A program made the translations under genes and the position numbers. Shown here in pieces: positions 15,186-30,151 of a DNA stretch of 64,000 nt (position 1 is the stretch's first letter; every line of letters begins with the position of its first letter). The notes under the pieces were generated by a model, which worked only from the letters and a program-made list of their open reading frames with translations, was not told the DNA's origin and did no database searches. This DNA is from Phoronis australis (Eukaryota > Animalia > Phoronida), in NCBI GenBank assembly GCA_002633005.1, contig NMRA01000088.1, positions 244,186-308,185 on the forward strand, in the 5' to 3' direction.

Positions 15186-16059
15186 CCGCGCGAGTAATAC
15201 TACGTTTTTACCGGAAATCTTGAATACTCCATCATCCAAACCTACCGCAACGTATGATGTCAAATTTTAAAATACCATAAAACGATGTGTGTGCATCTAA
15301 CCCTGAAAGTTTCAAAACAATCCACCAACAAATAACAATTATAGAGCCAACCTCAACATTTGTGTGGCACTAGGAAATGTAGCCCTAAGGAAACATAGCA
15401 GTGAAAAGTGTGAAACAGGGGTAACAAAAGAGTGTCCCATTTCTCATTAGATTACGGGCTTCCTAGGCTGTATTCGTCTTCAATTTTTTATACACTAGCT
15501 GGCTAACAGTCCTGCAAAAGGAGCTCGCGCCTCACCAGGTCAGGACTCGAGCTTTGTGTTTGCTTACTAGGGGTGTGTGCCGCGAGCAAACACAAATCGA
15601 CAGCAAAACTGATAATGAGTCCCCGCTTGCAAAAGTACAGAGCAAACAGCACAAGTAACACGGCTGCACAATCTCACGATCTCACGAAGAAATTACAAGG
15701 CTTTTTGCCAGAAACCTCAGGAAAAATTAACCAGACAGCACTTTAGAACAAGAAATGTGTTACTTATCTTAAACCACTAAATGAAAATCAGTTTCATCAT
15801 AATACAATAAATACCAAGTGAAAATATGTACTTTTACAGTACTCAACAAATTATTTGATTGGGTTGTACCGGAAAAGTACTTTTACTTAGCAAAAAGTGC
15901 TTGTTTTTCATGTGCACAACGCGCACACCTGACCTGCATCATGCATAATAAAAAAGTACATTCTTTCCCCCAACAAGGTTTAATCAACACAGTGATCTGA
16001 CAACAAACATACATGCACACACATAGTGCATCAGCATTCTCATTGCAAAAGGACTGAAG

Positions 16060-16122
16060 CTCAGAGGTGAGGGAGCAAAAGTTCAGAGGTGAGGGGGCAA
16101 AAGTTCAGAGGTGAGGGGGCAA
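16060..16122. repeat. 22-bp tandem repeat x ~3
   Basis: tcagaggtgaggg(a/g)gcaaaagt repeated. Confidence 0.85.
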
Positions 16123-19100
16123 CACGAGGAAACACTGTTAAGTGCAAGACTACTACGTTCCGTATTGTTCATTACCATCTTCAATAAATACTCAGGTCAT
16201 ACGCATTAGTTGTTCAATAAAAATGATATTTCTGACTCAGGGATATCGCCCACTTTGAGGAAAGGCCAATGTGTCCAACCCCCCCACTCGCTACTCATTG
16301 TTGGTCTGGTAAGACTTTCACGAGATTTTTAAGCTATTTTTATCCGAGTGACACAATCAGGAGGTGGTGGGCCTTGTGACTGCAGTGAGCACTGCTTAGA
16401 AAAATGTGACTGATATTTAAGTGCTGCGCTAATTCTTCATACAATACATCCGACAAATGAAATTCTACTTGGTTAAATTTCTCCACAAAATAAAGAACAT
16501 TTCAGTCAATTACAAGGTTGCCAGTATGTAGATGTCACAAAACAAAATTTGCCAAAATACCCGTTATTTGAAAAAAGGTAATCAATACTTGAAAAATACA
16601 AAAATGTCCATTTCAGAAATTACTTTTGCCAGTGTGCAAAATCATATTAACTGGTAACAAAGGCTCCCAGGTAGTTTGACCCTAGCTAGGTCATGCTGGG
16701 TGATGACCTACTTCCTATGACCTAGTAAGACACCACTGACCACATGTAGTCTGCTAGTAAACATGTTTTGAAGTGATGGCTCCAATAACAAGAAAAAGTT
16801 GAGTCATTACAGCTGAGTGTGCCAGCTGGCTGGCTCTGACTGTTATGCAATGCGGAGCCCAGATAACACTGATGATGATGGTCCTGAGACCTTCCAAGGG
16901 TAGCATAGACACATGTTGTTAACATATCAACCTTAAATATTTAAATTAGATAATTAAATCTATGTAATATTCTACTTGGATATCATGACTCATTTTCCTG
17001 GTATGCATGGCCTTATTGCAGTCTCTTCAATAAAGGTAAAATATCTTTCCAAAAAAAAACAAAGCTAACATCAACATCAAACACTCTAGGCCTGTTCAAC
17101 TTGCAAAATGTCCAGATTTGGTGACTACACAGGGTTCGACATGACGATGACTGATGAAAAAAGCAATAAAAGGAAAATTTCAGAGGCAAATGAAAGTAAA
17201 AATTCATCCAAGAAATTTAAAAAACAGCAGTCTCAACGACAATTTTAGAAACTATTTTTAACTGGATATCCCCATTTCCACAATAATTTTCAAATTTTGA
17301 ACTGATATTTTTTGGAGATCAAAACTGTCACACTGGAAATGATGTAGGATTTGATAAACTTCATTGTAGAATATTAACAGTTGTCAAGTTACTATGACGA
17401 CTACACTACCTGTGATGCTGGGGTAGATGAGGAGGTCAACGCAATTAGAATTTTGTCAGTTGAAAGAAAAGAACAAAATAAAAACACTTCAAAGTTGCTG
17501 GTAAAGACAAGTGAACCACAGGTCAGGAAATGTAAATTTTATTTCTACTATTCACATATGACAAGTTCAAGAAAACTTGAGTTTTGGTAAATATCTGATT
17601 TGAAATGTATAGAGTTGCGCAGAGAAAAACATTTCCTTACACGGCAGGTCAAAATTTAGGAAAACACGTTCGAATCGCAAAACAACGAGGCCGACAGGTT
17701 CTGCAGCATTTTGTAAGTATGCTTTTGAAAGTTTAGTCAAAATTCCCCGAGAAAGGTGGGAGTTGCCCACAGAAGGGATTCATTCTCTGCACGGACACAA
17801 AGATGGAATGACGCCTAGTCGCCTACCATTACCATATAACACTTTTGCCTCCAGCAAAGAACCAACTTATCAAAATACCGAGTTCTCAATCAAAAGCAAA
17901 CAAAAAAGCATGAACACTGAACAGACTTCATTATTTAATGGACTGACACAAAACCAATCTCAAAGGTGCATATTTCATCAACCACTATAAGCAAAAGAAA
18001 AACTTAAACACCGATAAAACAAATTAAAAAGTATGAACACTTGTTTTACAGTAAGACGGTCCTCAGGCAGCTTTCAACACAACTGCTCTAAAAATCAATT
18101 CAAGGCTATTGCCTCGATCAATCAGGCTTTTGGTAGAGCAAATGATTGAGTAAAGTTGTTTTTCCAATGCCTGGCAGAATTGATGATTCAGAGCAGATCC
18201 AGCCAGGTCAGGAAATCCCTGGCATGATAAAGAGGCTGAGTAGAGAAAGTAAACAAACATGTTTTTCTGACAGTGGGCTAGATGAGATCTAGTTTCAGGG
18301 GAGATAACCTGCAGTTGATGGCCGTGGTTACCACAGAGGAAAAATGCAGTTCTGTCATTCATGGTCGGGGGCACAGATAAGATGCTGCAAACAGCGTGGA
18401 GAGTATCTGACTGAAACTTCCCATCAATACCTTTGACAAATGAACCAAAAAAAAGCCTGAGGCAAAATAATTAGCAAAACTAGAGATCGTTTCCACACCA
18501 CATGTCAGAACAAGAACCCACGAAGATTTGAGAAAGCCTTATAAATTCTTTTGAACAGGTGACCAAGAGACTGAGGAAAAAGTGGCAAAAACCATAGAAT
18601 GAAGCAGAGTCAATGAACAAGGCCCTTGTTCACCTGAGCCAGTGTTCTCCATAAAAGAAAATTCAAACTTGACTGGAATTACAAAATCCATAGACGTGTT
18701 CGAAAGTCCATGTCCATACTGCGGGGAGTTCGTATATCAAGTCTTGAAATAAATGCGTTGAACTGGTACCAAAAGTCCTAAATGTCCCAATTTGTTTTAA
18801 GAAATGAATATTCTCACAAAACTTCAAACTAGTTGCATAGGACTTCAAACCGGACACTTATCACAACAAAATTCACACTCAACCCAGTGAGTAGTCATAA
18901 CAGGTTGTGGAGAGCACGGTTTACCGGAAAGGTTCCTGACCTTCTGATATGGAAATTTTTCCAATGAGGAAAAAATATCCTCTCCTTGGTCACCATAGTT
19001 ATTAGGATTCAAATAGTCCCTTTAAAGAACCAAAACAAAAGGTTCCACCACAAAACATGAACTAAATCAAAGGTGGCATTGTTGACAACCATTGGTTGCC

Positions 19101-20271
19101 GGCACAAACCTACAACGAATTTTACAAAACAAGGTGGGCGTCTTGTGGGTTAAGCGATAGATACAGGCAGGAGTTGGGTTCAACGGGTCCCTTGACAAGC
19201 TATTGTGATCAGTACCCTAGCCCAGCTCGGCACTTCAAATCCATGGCACTGTTCCTTAATTGACCAATTGCAAGCTCCCCCACCTTGCAAAAAGTCACGT
19301 GACACCTGACAAACAATAAGTTTTACCCGACAACGTGTTGTTTGTCGGGTAAAATGGTGGCTTGGAAACAAAGGTGTGTCAAGAATGTTGCATTCTGATT
19401 GGTGAGTTAAGCCGTCACTCAAAATCCTGGCGATAGGTCAGCTGAGCGTGGTCCTACTGCTATGCTACATAGTATACACAGAAGCTCATCAGTTTGAATG
19501 TTGGTATTCTCCACTGGAAAATTTACACTCCTCAGTAAACTTCTGATTTCAAGCAATTCAAAAGGTACACGTCCATACTGTGGGGGTTGGCACACGAAAT
19601 CAGTGCCCGATTTCACTGAAAATTCTTAAAGAATGACTTAACTCCAACGAGATCAAACCAATCTCATTGATTTTAAAACTTGCCACAGCAAAATCCGAAG
19701 ATGTTACCGTGACAAATTAAGAGAGATTGTAGTCTTGACAAGAGGCGATCTTATTGGCTATCTTTTAACTAGTTGTAAGCATGTTCACCTATCAAGGCTA
19801 TAGTTGATGTCACTAGAGACCCTGATTATCCGCAATAATGAAAAAACTAACGGAATTCACGGAATTGGACTTCTCTCATGAAATAAGGTTACGATAGCAG
19901 ATACCGTGATTCTCGGACATAAAAATTAAAAATAATACATCAAATGCATTACCAGGGACTGATTCTGGACGCAGAAATTGAAGAACAATCATTTTGAAGC
20001 AGACAAGTTCATGTAATTGTGCATTATTTCTAATTTACAAAACAAATAAAACAAAACTTTCTGTTTGCTAAAAAAGATTGGTTTTTAAGGACAGTCTCAA
20101 GGTCTTGCCCTTGCTAGAATTTTGGTAATTCAGATGTGACCACCATGCCCAAATTCAGCACGTTTGGAGACATATTGTCCGTAATTTTGGCACACGAAAA
20201 CATCGAATTGTAACAAATGGCGCCACGCAAAGGTAATATTGGGACTGAGCAGATGTAGTAAAAAGTACTCA

Positions 20272-20439
<168 letters not shown>

Positions 20440-22049
20440 TCACACGTATGCCAGGATGTCATGGTCAAGCACAAAATGTTACATCGTTTCATAAAATCTC
20501 ATCACTTAGGACAAATATAATGGCTAAAATTGACCATTTCTTCATTTTCATACGTACTTAACATTGTTGTGAGAGCCCCCGCGGAAGCTATCCAAAAATT
20601 GCCTTATGATAGCTGTGATACAAAACTAGGACAAAGTAAAGCAACCAACCAGGGAAAAATATTCACTCGTCTGCTATATATTGTGAGATTTTACTGCATG
20701 CTGCAAGGTGCCCCAGGGTAAAAGCATCGAGTAAACAGTCATGAATTGAAGGGGCAACAGACCTTATGCGAAGCAAGGTATTTTTTCACACTTCAGCCGT
20801 TTATCATTACAGAAACCACCTCCTACACACTCTGACTTTTCGTATATATGACTTTGTATATGTACAACTCTTGTAGACAATTAATAAGAGAGTCTATGAC
20901 AGGTGTTCTGGCACAACTTCCAGCGCTGAAGGAAAACCAGTGGTATATACGAAGTCATGAAGAACAGCCAGAGTGCGTAAACAGGGATTAAAGAAGACGC
21001 CATCCTGGTTTTACGTGTACAAAGCGGTAGATCTTTTGAAAAGCTATTGAACAACATCTATGGCAAAAAAATCTCCAGTATGGGACGGTGGAAAAATAAT
21101 AACTTAGCTGAAGGTCATAGCTTGAACCAAATTCGAAAATTTCACAACATTGGGTATCCCAAATTTAAGGACAGTGGCAGCAGTTTTTACTGATGTGTAA
21201 GTGCTCGGTGTTACTTTTAATAGGCTTCCAAATATATTTTCTAACCCTGTTCTGCAAAAACAAGCACTGGTCCACAATTTGAGAGCAATCATACACCCAT
21301 GTAAGTGACTATTGCCATTTTTGCCAAACTAAAACAAGAATGCGTAACGGCATAGTGGGAAAACAGTAAGACAAAACCATCCGCAATCACTCCACTGTTT
21401 GGCAATCATCCAAATGCAGATACCATTCTTGCAAAAAAACATGCACTGTTGATTTCATCGTTTGCCATCCAGACTTCGATCGATCAATGACCACTCTTTG
21501 TAAAGCAACTTTTGGATTAATAACTTATCGCCTGCCACGAGTGTTTCAAATCCGTTTTACAGAAATCTTTATGGAAACATCCGGGTGACCTTTTTAACAC
21601 CTAAATATCAATTTGCAGCCACAAGGGTGTCACAAATCAATTCAAAACACCACAAAAAGCAACCACACACAAGTACGGCAAGATATCACCAATTTACCTG
21701 GTAGTATGGTACAATTGCTTATTATACATGACAGAACAGTAAATTTTTATTCATTTTATTGTTCCATTCACATCACAGACTAGATTCTTGTCAATACCAC
21801 AGGAACAGTACAAAATAAAAGTACTCCAACAGAATACTATTTCCCGAGCAACGACTACTGATAATAACCAAAAGGGCAGAAAACTTCTAATTGCAGAAAG
21901 GCTTAGCCACCTTGCTTACTTCCCTCCTATCATTCTCGGTCATATAGGAAGACTACTCTAATTCGACTTCTGCCAAGCAGTCATGACAAAGATTCCAGGT
22001 CACTTTGTCTGAATACTTTTGGCAGGCACTATATATAATTCACCACTCG

Positions 22050-22422
22050 ATTTGGCCAATGCGACTTAGGCTGGAAAAAAATCCAAGTTGCCACAAGGTC
22101 GTCACTGCGAGAATCAAAGTCAGACAATAATTCCTTTTAAATTCGTTTTAAGGTTCGAACTTAAATTACTGACAGTTTTCCAAGATTTATTGTCTCTGAT
22201 TCACAATTATACCGTTTATTCTGTGACATCACACATTTGCCACCACTTTTAAATTACGACACGAAGTTAACAGATAGAAGTTTTATTCTTGGATGACGAA
22301 CTGTCACGCCGCCAGATAGGGAACCTCGGACTTGACTTAGGCGCATGAGATTTTCAGTTTTAGCAACCTCAGATTTCATTTGATGTATTGGATTTTTGTT
22401 AGGTCGCCAAATGCGACTTGGA
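22050..22422 (-). mobile_element. Dispersed repeat, inverted homologue of ~47360-47900
   Basis: Reverse complement matches gcatttggcgacct...caaatgaaatctga (47365) and aaggaattattgtc.gactttgat.ctcgcagtg (47837). Confidence 0.7.
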
Positions 22423-23628
22423 TTTTAACTAAGCGTAGAGTGCTGCACCTGCGAACATTCAAAAATGAACAAGCAGGACATCTGGACTTACACTACACTG
22501 TAAGAAAAAGTGCACTGAGCACCAAGAAACATTATGCCCTAAATTTTTTATCATTATTTAATAGTCGTGTGTGTAAAATGGAGCAGAGAAATGAGGGTAT
22601 ATTGCGTAGACCCAGGATTCAGCCCAATTCTCATTTGTTTGCAAATCACAAAAATCGCACTTCTTCTCGATTGTCGCCAAACAAAATCTGAAATACGGGT
22701 AGCCAAAACAAGCCCTGATGTTGTATTTTTTGCAAAAACTGACCGGTAGGAATGACAAACAAACGGCGCCAAGAGAAGTTTTTCGCAAGGAAGTGCCATT
22801 AAGCAGCAGCCCATTCCTGCAATGCGTAAGAAACTGAGTAAACTAGAAACAAAAGAACACTATCCCATTGACTAATAAGGGCGTTGACCTACTGGAGACA
22901 ATGACTAATAACAGGGTAACTAAACAAGTCTACGTGACATTTAAATATGTAAACAACAGGTTTAGCATGAAATGTCTTGTGTTTTATCAAAAAGACCTCT
23001 CCCTCAGGGACTCTTCAAAATGCGAACAGCTGTAGAGTCTCCTCGACTGTCTTGATACCCATGTACACAGAGCCAGAGTCTATGGGGGGGGGGGGGGNGT
23101 AGGTAAGCACCAACTCAGGAGGTCATTTTGCTGTCTCGGGGATCATGGGATGATAGCAAGGGGGAGTGGTTGATCCTAATTACTCAGGGTATAGCATTGG
23201 TCTGGACTTTCATGAGTGAGGGACTATACCTACCCTTCACACATGAACAGAACTGGTTCCAGCAAAACACTTGGTCACAGAGTACTGCAAAACCTTGGAA
23301 AGAACCATCCAGCAAACAACTTAAATCCAACAAAAAGACTGGGTTTTAGACTACATTTTATACTAATTGGACAACAAGTATTGTTCCAACATTAAACTCA
23401 GTTGATAGGACTGGCGACACTCTAAAACCAAATCAGTAATCAGACACCACGAGCTGACCATGAAGTATCCAAGGGATTGCATACCCAAGGTTCTCCCTGA
23501 GCAAAACTCAAAAATGGCGTAAATTCCATATCATGTTTTTGTATCTCGATTTCTTTTTAATAATTCAGAAAAACAACGATTAGTTACACATTGTAGAATG
23601 AATTTTCATAGCTGGCGCCGTTACGTTG

Positions 23629-23841
23629 TACCTTTTGGCGGCCTAATTTTTCTCGAGAGCCTAGCTTTCAAGACCATCCGGGGCTTTTCTTCGGGGCACT
23701 GGGGATCTCCAGTGGAGTTAAGACGACTGCCTCGCGCCACCCACAGGTGCATGTGATGCAGAGACCCCCAGTGCCATAATGAACAGCCCAAGATGGGCTC
23801 GAAAGCTAAGTTCTCGAGAAAAATTAGGCCGGCGAAAGGTA
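23629..23841. mobile_element. MITE, TA-bounded, ~58-bp TIRs
   Basis: taccttttggcggcctaatttttctcgaga ... tctcgagaaaaattaggccggcgaaaggta. Confidence 0.85.
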
Positions 23842-26800
23842 ATAATTATTATTTCAAAAGTTACACAGTATTTTCACTTGCTGGGCATGTCACTATCATT
23901 TTCCGTGCAAAATAATAAAAATAGGTACCCCTATGCAGCACCATTTCAATCATTTGTCTTGTAACTCTGGCTTTTCAAACATAGTGCAAAACACTTCAAA
24001 CAGATCACCGGGAGGGGTGACTTCAAACCCACGAAGCTTGACCCAGTTTGCACAGACAAAGTTCAAGACACTGAGAATACCATGGATCTATGAACTAATT
24101 TGATAAACTGCTAATTCATCAGCATAAAACCTGACCCGCTGCCACAGACATGACCTCAGTCACACTACACTCAGCTATTAGGGGTCTACCTGTATAACAT
24201 CAGCTGTGTTCTGTGGTTTGACTCGGTCATGACCTACTTTTTGAGTTTGACAGACTGACAGCCCTTTTGCTGGAATGACGGCAAATCCGTCACCAGCTCG
24301 AGAGTATAATGCAATCATAAACCATACAAACTTTGATCACGTGTGATGCAACAATTGCTAATTCAAGCAAGCACAAAGATAATGTAACACTACTCTTTAA
24401 AATTTGGTTTCTGCATGAGAACAGGTCAGTACCAGAAAACAGTGTTTCAGAAAACCAAAAGATGCAGAATTCTTGGTGGATGACGGTCAGTCTCCAACCC
24501 ATAAGAAAATGAGCCAGAATTCTCAGTCATGATGGCTGGGCGAAACTCACATTCATTGCCAGAGTAGACTTTCCTCATGACTGAGAATTAAAAGAAATTC
24601 ACAGGAAAGTTAGTAAGGTGTAATTAGAATTTTGCCATCTTCATAGTTTGCCCGTTTTGCAGCAAAATTAGCCGTCATGATAGGGTAAAGCGGGGAAAGC
24701 GGTATTTTGTGATTACTTTTTTCTTGCACTGAACATATTCACAGCTAATCACTCAGCAACTTCAACCACCAGGACAACCAAACACTAATTGTAAACAAAC
24801 ACAGAACAGCTGTTCACAATGATAGATCATGAGGTCATTGACATTAGTACTTTCAGGAAGCCAATTGCCTGCCACAATACCTGCAGTCACAATCCCGCAT
24901 TGACGTTCATTAAACCTTCAAAATCGACCTTTTGCTAATCAGTAGGCAATAACTTTTGCCAAAGTTTCTTAGTTGTAACTGAGCTTTGCATGGCCTATTT
25001 ATGGAAAACCTGTGTGGCTCTTGTAAACCTCATGCGGGGTTTCCAAGGGTGAACACATCCGAAGTGGAGCAATGAGTCAGGCAAGGTTTTTTGAACATAT
25101 AGTTCGGCTGCAGACGAACAGTTCAACAACTTCTAAAACTAAATTTTCCACCACAAGACTTTGATTTATTCTAGCTTGCAGTTGGCGAAGTAATGGCTTG
25201 ACCGAGTTAGCGCCATCTGTTGCTTAACAGGAACAGAATCAAATACTCCTGCTGCCATCTGGTGGCTAAAGGTACTTCCACTTTGCAACATAATGAAGGG
25301 GATTATTTTGACTTCAAGCACAATATCAAGCGCAATAAACAATGAGGCATTTTGCATGTCAATTAGGAGTACATCAGTCAGACTTATATTAAACTCCATT
25401 GCTGAGGTAAGCGAACGGTTTCTTTCCATTCCATCTACGACAAAAGTTGTGGCACTGTCCTGGTGTTTTCATCAGGTATTGAAGCCAAAAAATAGAAAGG
25501 CCATGCAAATTTAGAACTGTTCATGACAACTGTGTGCAGTGTTCACAAAAATAGCAGCAACTGATCAAATATAGAATAGTTGCGGCTTAGCAAATAGCTT
25601 TGACGATTTAAGGCATTCTTCAGCAAAAATAACGCATGACCATCCTTAAATAGACATTATCTCAACAGCAGCGCAGCCGATAACATGAACGACAGCACTG
25701 CACCAGTATTGACAAAGCTTGCACAACAAAAAAAATAAGTGACCACAACAAAATTTATCAGGCATAAAATTTTCTTTCGTTGAATTTCTCAACAAAAATG
25801 GCTTTACAGGATAAAATACTTTACAGTACACCAAACTTTTGAGTATTTCCTGGGGTGTATAAAGCCTTGGAAAGGTAGACGAATGTCAATTTTAGCAATT
25901 CCCAAAATAAAGAAATTTTACTGTAATTGGTGTTTGAGAAAATGAATACAGATCTGCCCACTTTCTTAACAGCAGTGGATACTTCGCTAGTCTATGTAGG
26001 TTACCAATAAGTAGCAAGATTTCACTTTTTACTTAGTGTATGCGGCCATAATGCAGCCAGACACACACCTCAAATAACATTAAAAAATTCCACAATAACA
26101 AAACGTCACTGATTATTGTCTAGCATGCAAATTTCGTGAAAATGGGCCATTAACTTTTTCACTGCGGTCAGCATTAGTCTACCTCTCTGAAAGCAGCCGG
26201 TTATTCATTACGGAGTTGTAGAATCAGCATTTCAGCAGACAGTCGGATTACGTAACTTTTTTGGCCTCCTCCTCACATCCAAAGTCCTTATCGATATTCA
26301 GAGCACTGGAGGTATAGTGAATGGCAAAAGTAGACAGACAGACAAAATTCTGTCTTCCTATCATGTCCATTAATCCTTTTATGGCAAGCATAATGCCTAT
26401 AGACTCGGCATTTCAGTAAAATCATGTTTATTGGAATAGTGCTTTCACCTCAGTTTTCGAGTACAAAACCCCTCCAGTCTGTCATTGGGGCGTGCGGTCA
26501 ATGACAACTAAAACTGAATTTACTTGTTCCCAGCTACCATTGTGAGGAATACCAGGCTATTACGCAAGACAAGTTCTGTAGTTATTTGGTTTCAAAATTT
26601 GAACTCTGGTTTTGAACCATAAGTCAAGCACACGGTACAATCGTTCTTGCTTTCTTTCTCTTGAGCTTGTCCCGGACAACAGCGGGTCTAGAAAAGTGGG
26701 CCATTAATTGATCACTTCACAGACTACTTCAGAAGATGTTCCTTTGTTCTTGATTGAAAGCCAGATTTGGAATAATATACTGGGCTCAAGGTCAATGACC

Positions 26801-28962
26801 ACTAACACATTCTACTTTTCCCCAACGCCCCTTGACGTTGGATCTGAATTGTAAATGTAGAACTTAAAAGTCAGCCAGGCAACCTTTGGTACAGGGAAAA
26901 TTCACAGATCGAGAATTTCGTCTAAGAAATTCCATGTCGAAATTTCAGGTCAAACTCGGGAATTCTAGACTGAAGAAAAAGTTCCTAAAATCGACACTAG
27001 GGACAGTTTTTCGAATTTTGGTCAACTTCTACTTTAATTTGCTTTAATTGAAAAGTGAGCAACCAAGTTACAAATAGTTTAGATTTAACCAATTCAATCT
27101 CATTTCTATTATCTTCAGTTTCGAATTCTAGGTGATTTTTGAGTTTCAATGTATGTAGCAAACAAACTCGAACCGAGCACGTGTCGTGGCAACAGTGCAA
27201 CGATGTTTGACATGTTTTCACATTATTTGTAGGCTTTCTGCAAAAGCTTACACGATGTAATAAAACATTTTTGGGCTTTCGAATGGTGTCATCAAACAGA
27301 AACTTGATGAAGGGGCCAAAATTTTACAGCAGGACTCGACAATAACTTTTTGACTGGTCATCTTTTCGGACAACTTTATTTCCTAACAACTTGTCAGAAT
27401 CCAAAATGAGCTTATGTCCAAAAATTTCAACGAATAACCTTGTTGTATATTTGTTGTTACAAATTACATGTTGGTGTTTCTATCTAGTTTGGATCAAAGG
27501 CAGAATCATTAACACATTTAAATGTGGACGCCATGGTTGATTTCTACACAGCTGATCTCTATATCTCATTGTAATTGCTGATCCAGGCCAAATGTTTAGG
27601 TGCCCGGGATGTCAATGTTGAGGCTAGCTTGACGAAACGTGACAAATTCCTTTTCCTGCTTTCTGGTAATCAAATTCCTTGGATTATTCATCTCCCAAGA
27701 AATGTAAGCACATTTTTAATAGGTCATTCATAAACCATCTTCAATAGACAAATCATGAAAGGGAAAGCCCATACACGAATGACATAATATATCGATACTC
27801 AGAGTGCATCTTATTGGTCGGATCCTGTGCTTTTGACTATTTCCATCCTTTACCCCGAGCTTTCTGCCTTGAGTTCACCAATCTGGGGCTTCACAACACT
27901 GATAATATTGAAGATTATTTTCTTACTTTTCGAAAAAACGTAAATGCTCAACATCCTTAACATTTAAAACTAGTACGTAGTGATTTTTAGGGCCCGAACA
28001 GTACAGTTTTCTACACCCAACCAAATCAAGGGAGCTTATCTTAATCTTTTAGGCATATAACTCTCATACATTATTACAATAAGGTTGTGATAAAAGGAAC
28101 ACGATGCTTCTTGCTTTGCGGCTTCATTTGTGATCTGCCGGAGGTCTTGCGAGTTGCGAGGATCTTAATCTCGACACTAGCGCACTTGTCAATCGCTTGT
28201 TAGCCTGTGATTGGCTGCTGTACAAACTTCGATTGGGCAGCAGTCAATCGCAGGGTAGCTAACGATAGACAAGCGCGTTACGCATTGATCAAAACATCGC
28301 GAGACTTCCAGCAGATCGCAAGAGACATTACACTTCCTGCAATATATGTATGGAGTAGAGAGATAAGCACTAAAAAGATAGTGATAAGGGTCTGTGACAG
28401 ACTTTGATTTTGGGTTGATGTAGTATGATTTTCCAGGTCTCAATTACAAAATGACATCGAAATTCTCAACCCAGCAGTCGTTTTGTTGCATCAACAAGAT
28501 CCCAGCAAGCAGAATTCATCATTGTGCAGCTATATTCTGAATCTGACAACAGGGTCACAGTGTTACTGCATAATTAATTTACTCTCGTTTGAAGCTAGTG
28601 GCTTTTTTATCCATTCTTTGACAGAAAGCATATCAGATTAGTATATCTTTCAGTTTCAGATGCTGAGGGGCCTCAGTTCACTGAGTTCGGTAACTTTTTC
28701 TCTTGGGAGGGGTCAGAAATTGATATGACATCATTTGTACAGAAGACTATCGATCAGCCACGAAACATTACGGTAACACCTCAGAGTTAGACTGTTTGTT
28801 AACAATGTACTGCAACGTGAAGAGACGACAAATCCTGCAAAAATTCCAAAAATTAACGAGAAATGTTGTAACCCACGTGCCTTTTTCGTCATTGAATATT
28901 TCACAAACGACGCAATTTGCAGCAGTAAAATTTGACAAGCAAATAACTTAGAGGCTACTTTA

Positions 28963-29140
<178 letters not shown>

Positions 29141-30151
29141 CCACTAACAGGGTACAACTAAGGAAAATCTGAACTGGTTAAAAATGAATATTTGGTAATT
29201 TATTCAAAAAAATATTGAGCAAGAGATTTTTTTGAGACATTTTGAAGTTCCACAAGGGAATCTAACACTTCATCGTGTCTCAAATCTTGTAAAATAATCT
29301 GTTACATTCCTACCCCCATAAACATATCAATGGCACGAACAGATGGAGGCGCGTCTTGTACTGACCAATGAGGGATGTCCTACATTATTGCGACATCTAT
29401 TGATCGCCCCCTCACTTGTCAAGTGAGTGCTGTCAAGTTCACTGCAAGTCCGTGTTTGCATAGGCCCAACGTCTATTTTTGCTGTTCGGTAGAGAAGGCT
29501 GACAGACACTGATAGCGCTAAGATCCCTAATATATGTGGTATGCTGGCACCGCATTGTTCCACTGGCGCTGTTTGATGATCATGCTCGAACTGCCTGAGA
29601 GGGATGCCCCCCGCATTTTGAGAACCAGTCTTTCAAAGTTTGATGCCCGTTATTTCGTGGGGACTCAAAATTCGGCACGTTATATCAGACCATTACCCGT
29701 TTTTTTGTTATTTCATTGCTGCTTCTTCTCACCGAGTAGCGCCGAGCCGTTTGTGGTAGCGCATTATCTGATATTTTTCTGATGTTCTCAGTACTCACTA
29801 TGTTCGATGGCATTATCGCAAACAGTTTTTTGTCAGTATAAAGACTCCAAACTTCACACCCTGACACAATTTTTACCCGACTTCCGTCACCGATATAGGT
29901 TTCCTGATAATTTTATTGTGCCGAGGACCAAACTTATAATTACATAATAACGCCAATTTTTACCTACGTTTTTGCATCTCATTTTTTTAAAGAAATCACA
30001 ACCAAACTGCCGAGAGTCCACCTTTTTGCTGTAAGGGCGCACTTCAGTACAAAACGAGGTGGCGTAACATTTTTATGGCCACGTCTACTCAAAGAGAAAC
30101 CGGTCCGAGGTCCAGCGCTTCCTGGTTATTCGGTATGCATGTGTCAGACAG

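Noticed and set aside
18063-18660. 103-aa minus ORF, possible LINE remnant or nested exon
   Set aside because: No recognisable RT or endonuclease motifs; no convincing splice sites
23084-23098. Poly-G run ending in N
   Set aside because: Likely a contig junction or sequencing artefact
24780-25520. Minus-strand ORF fragments (TFVVDGM, ELFVC) faintly resembling TE-derived proteins
   Set aside because: Motifs too short and interrupted to assign without a profile search
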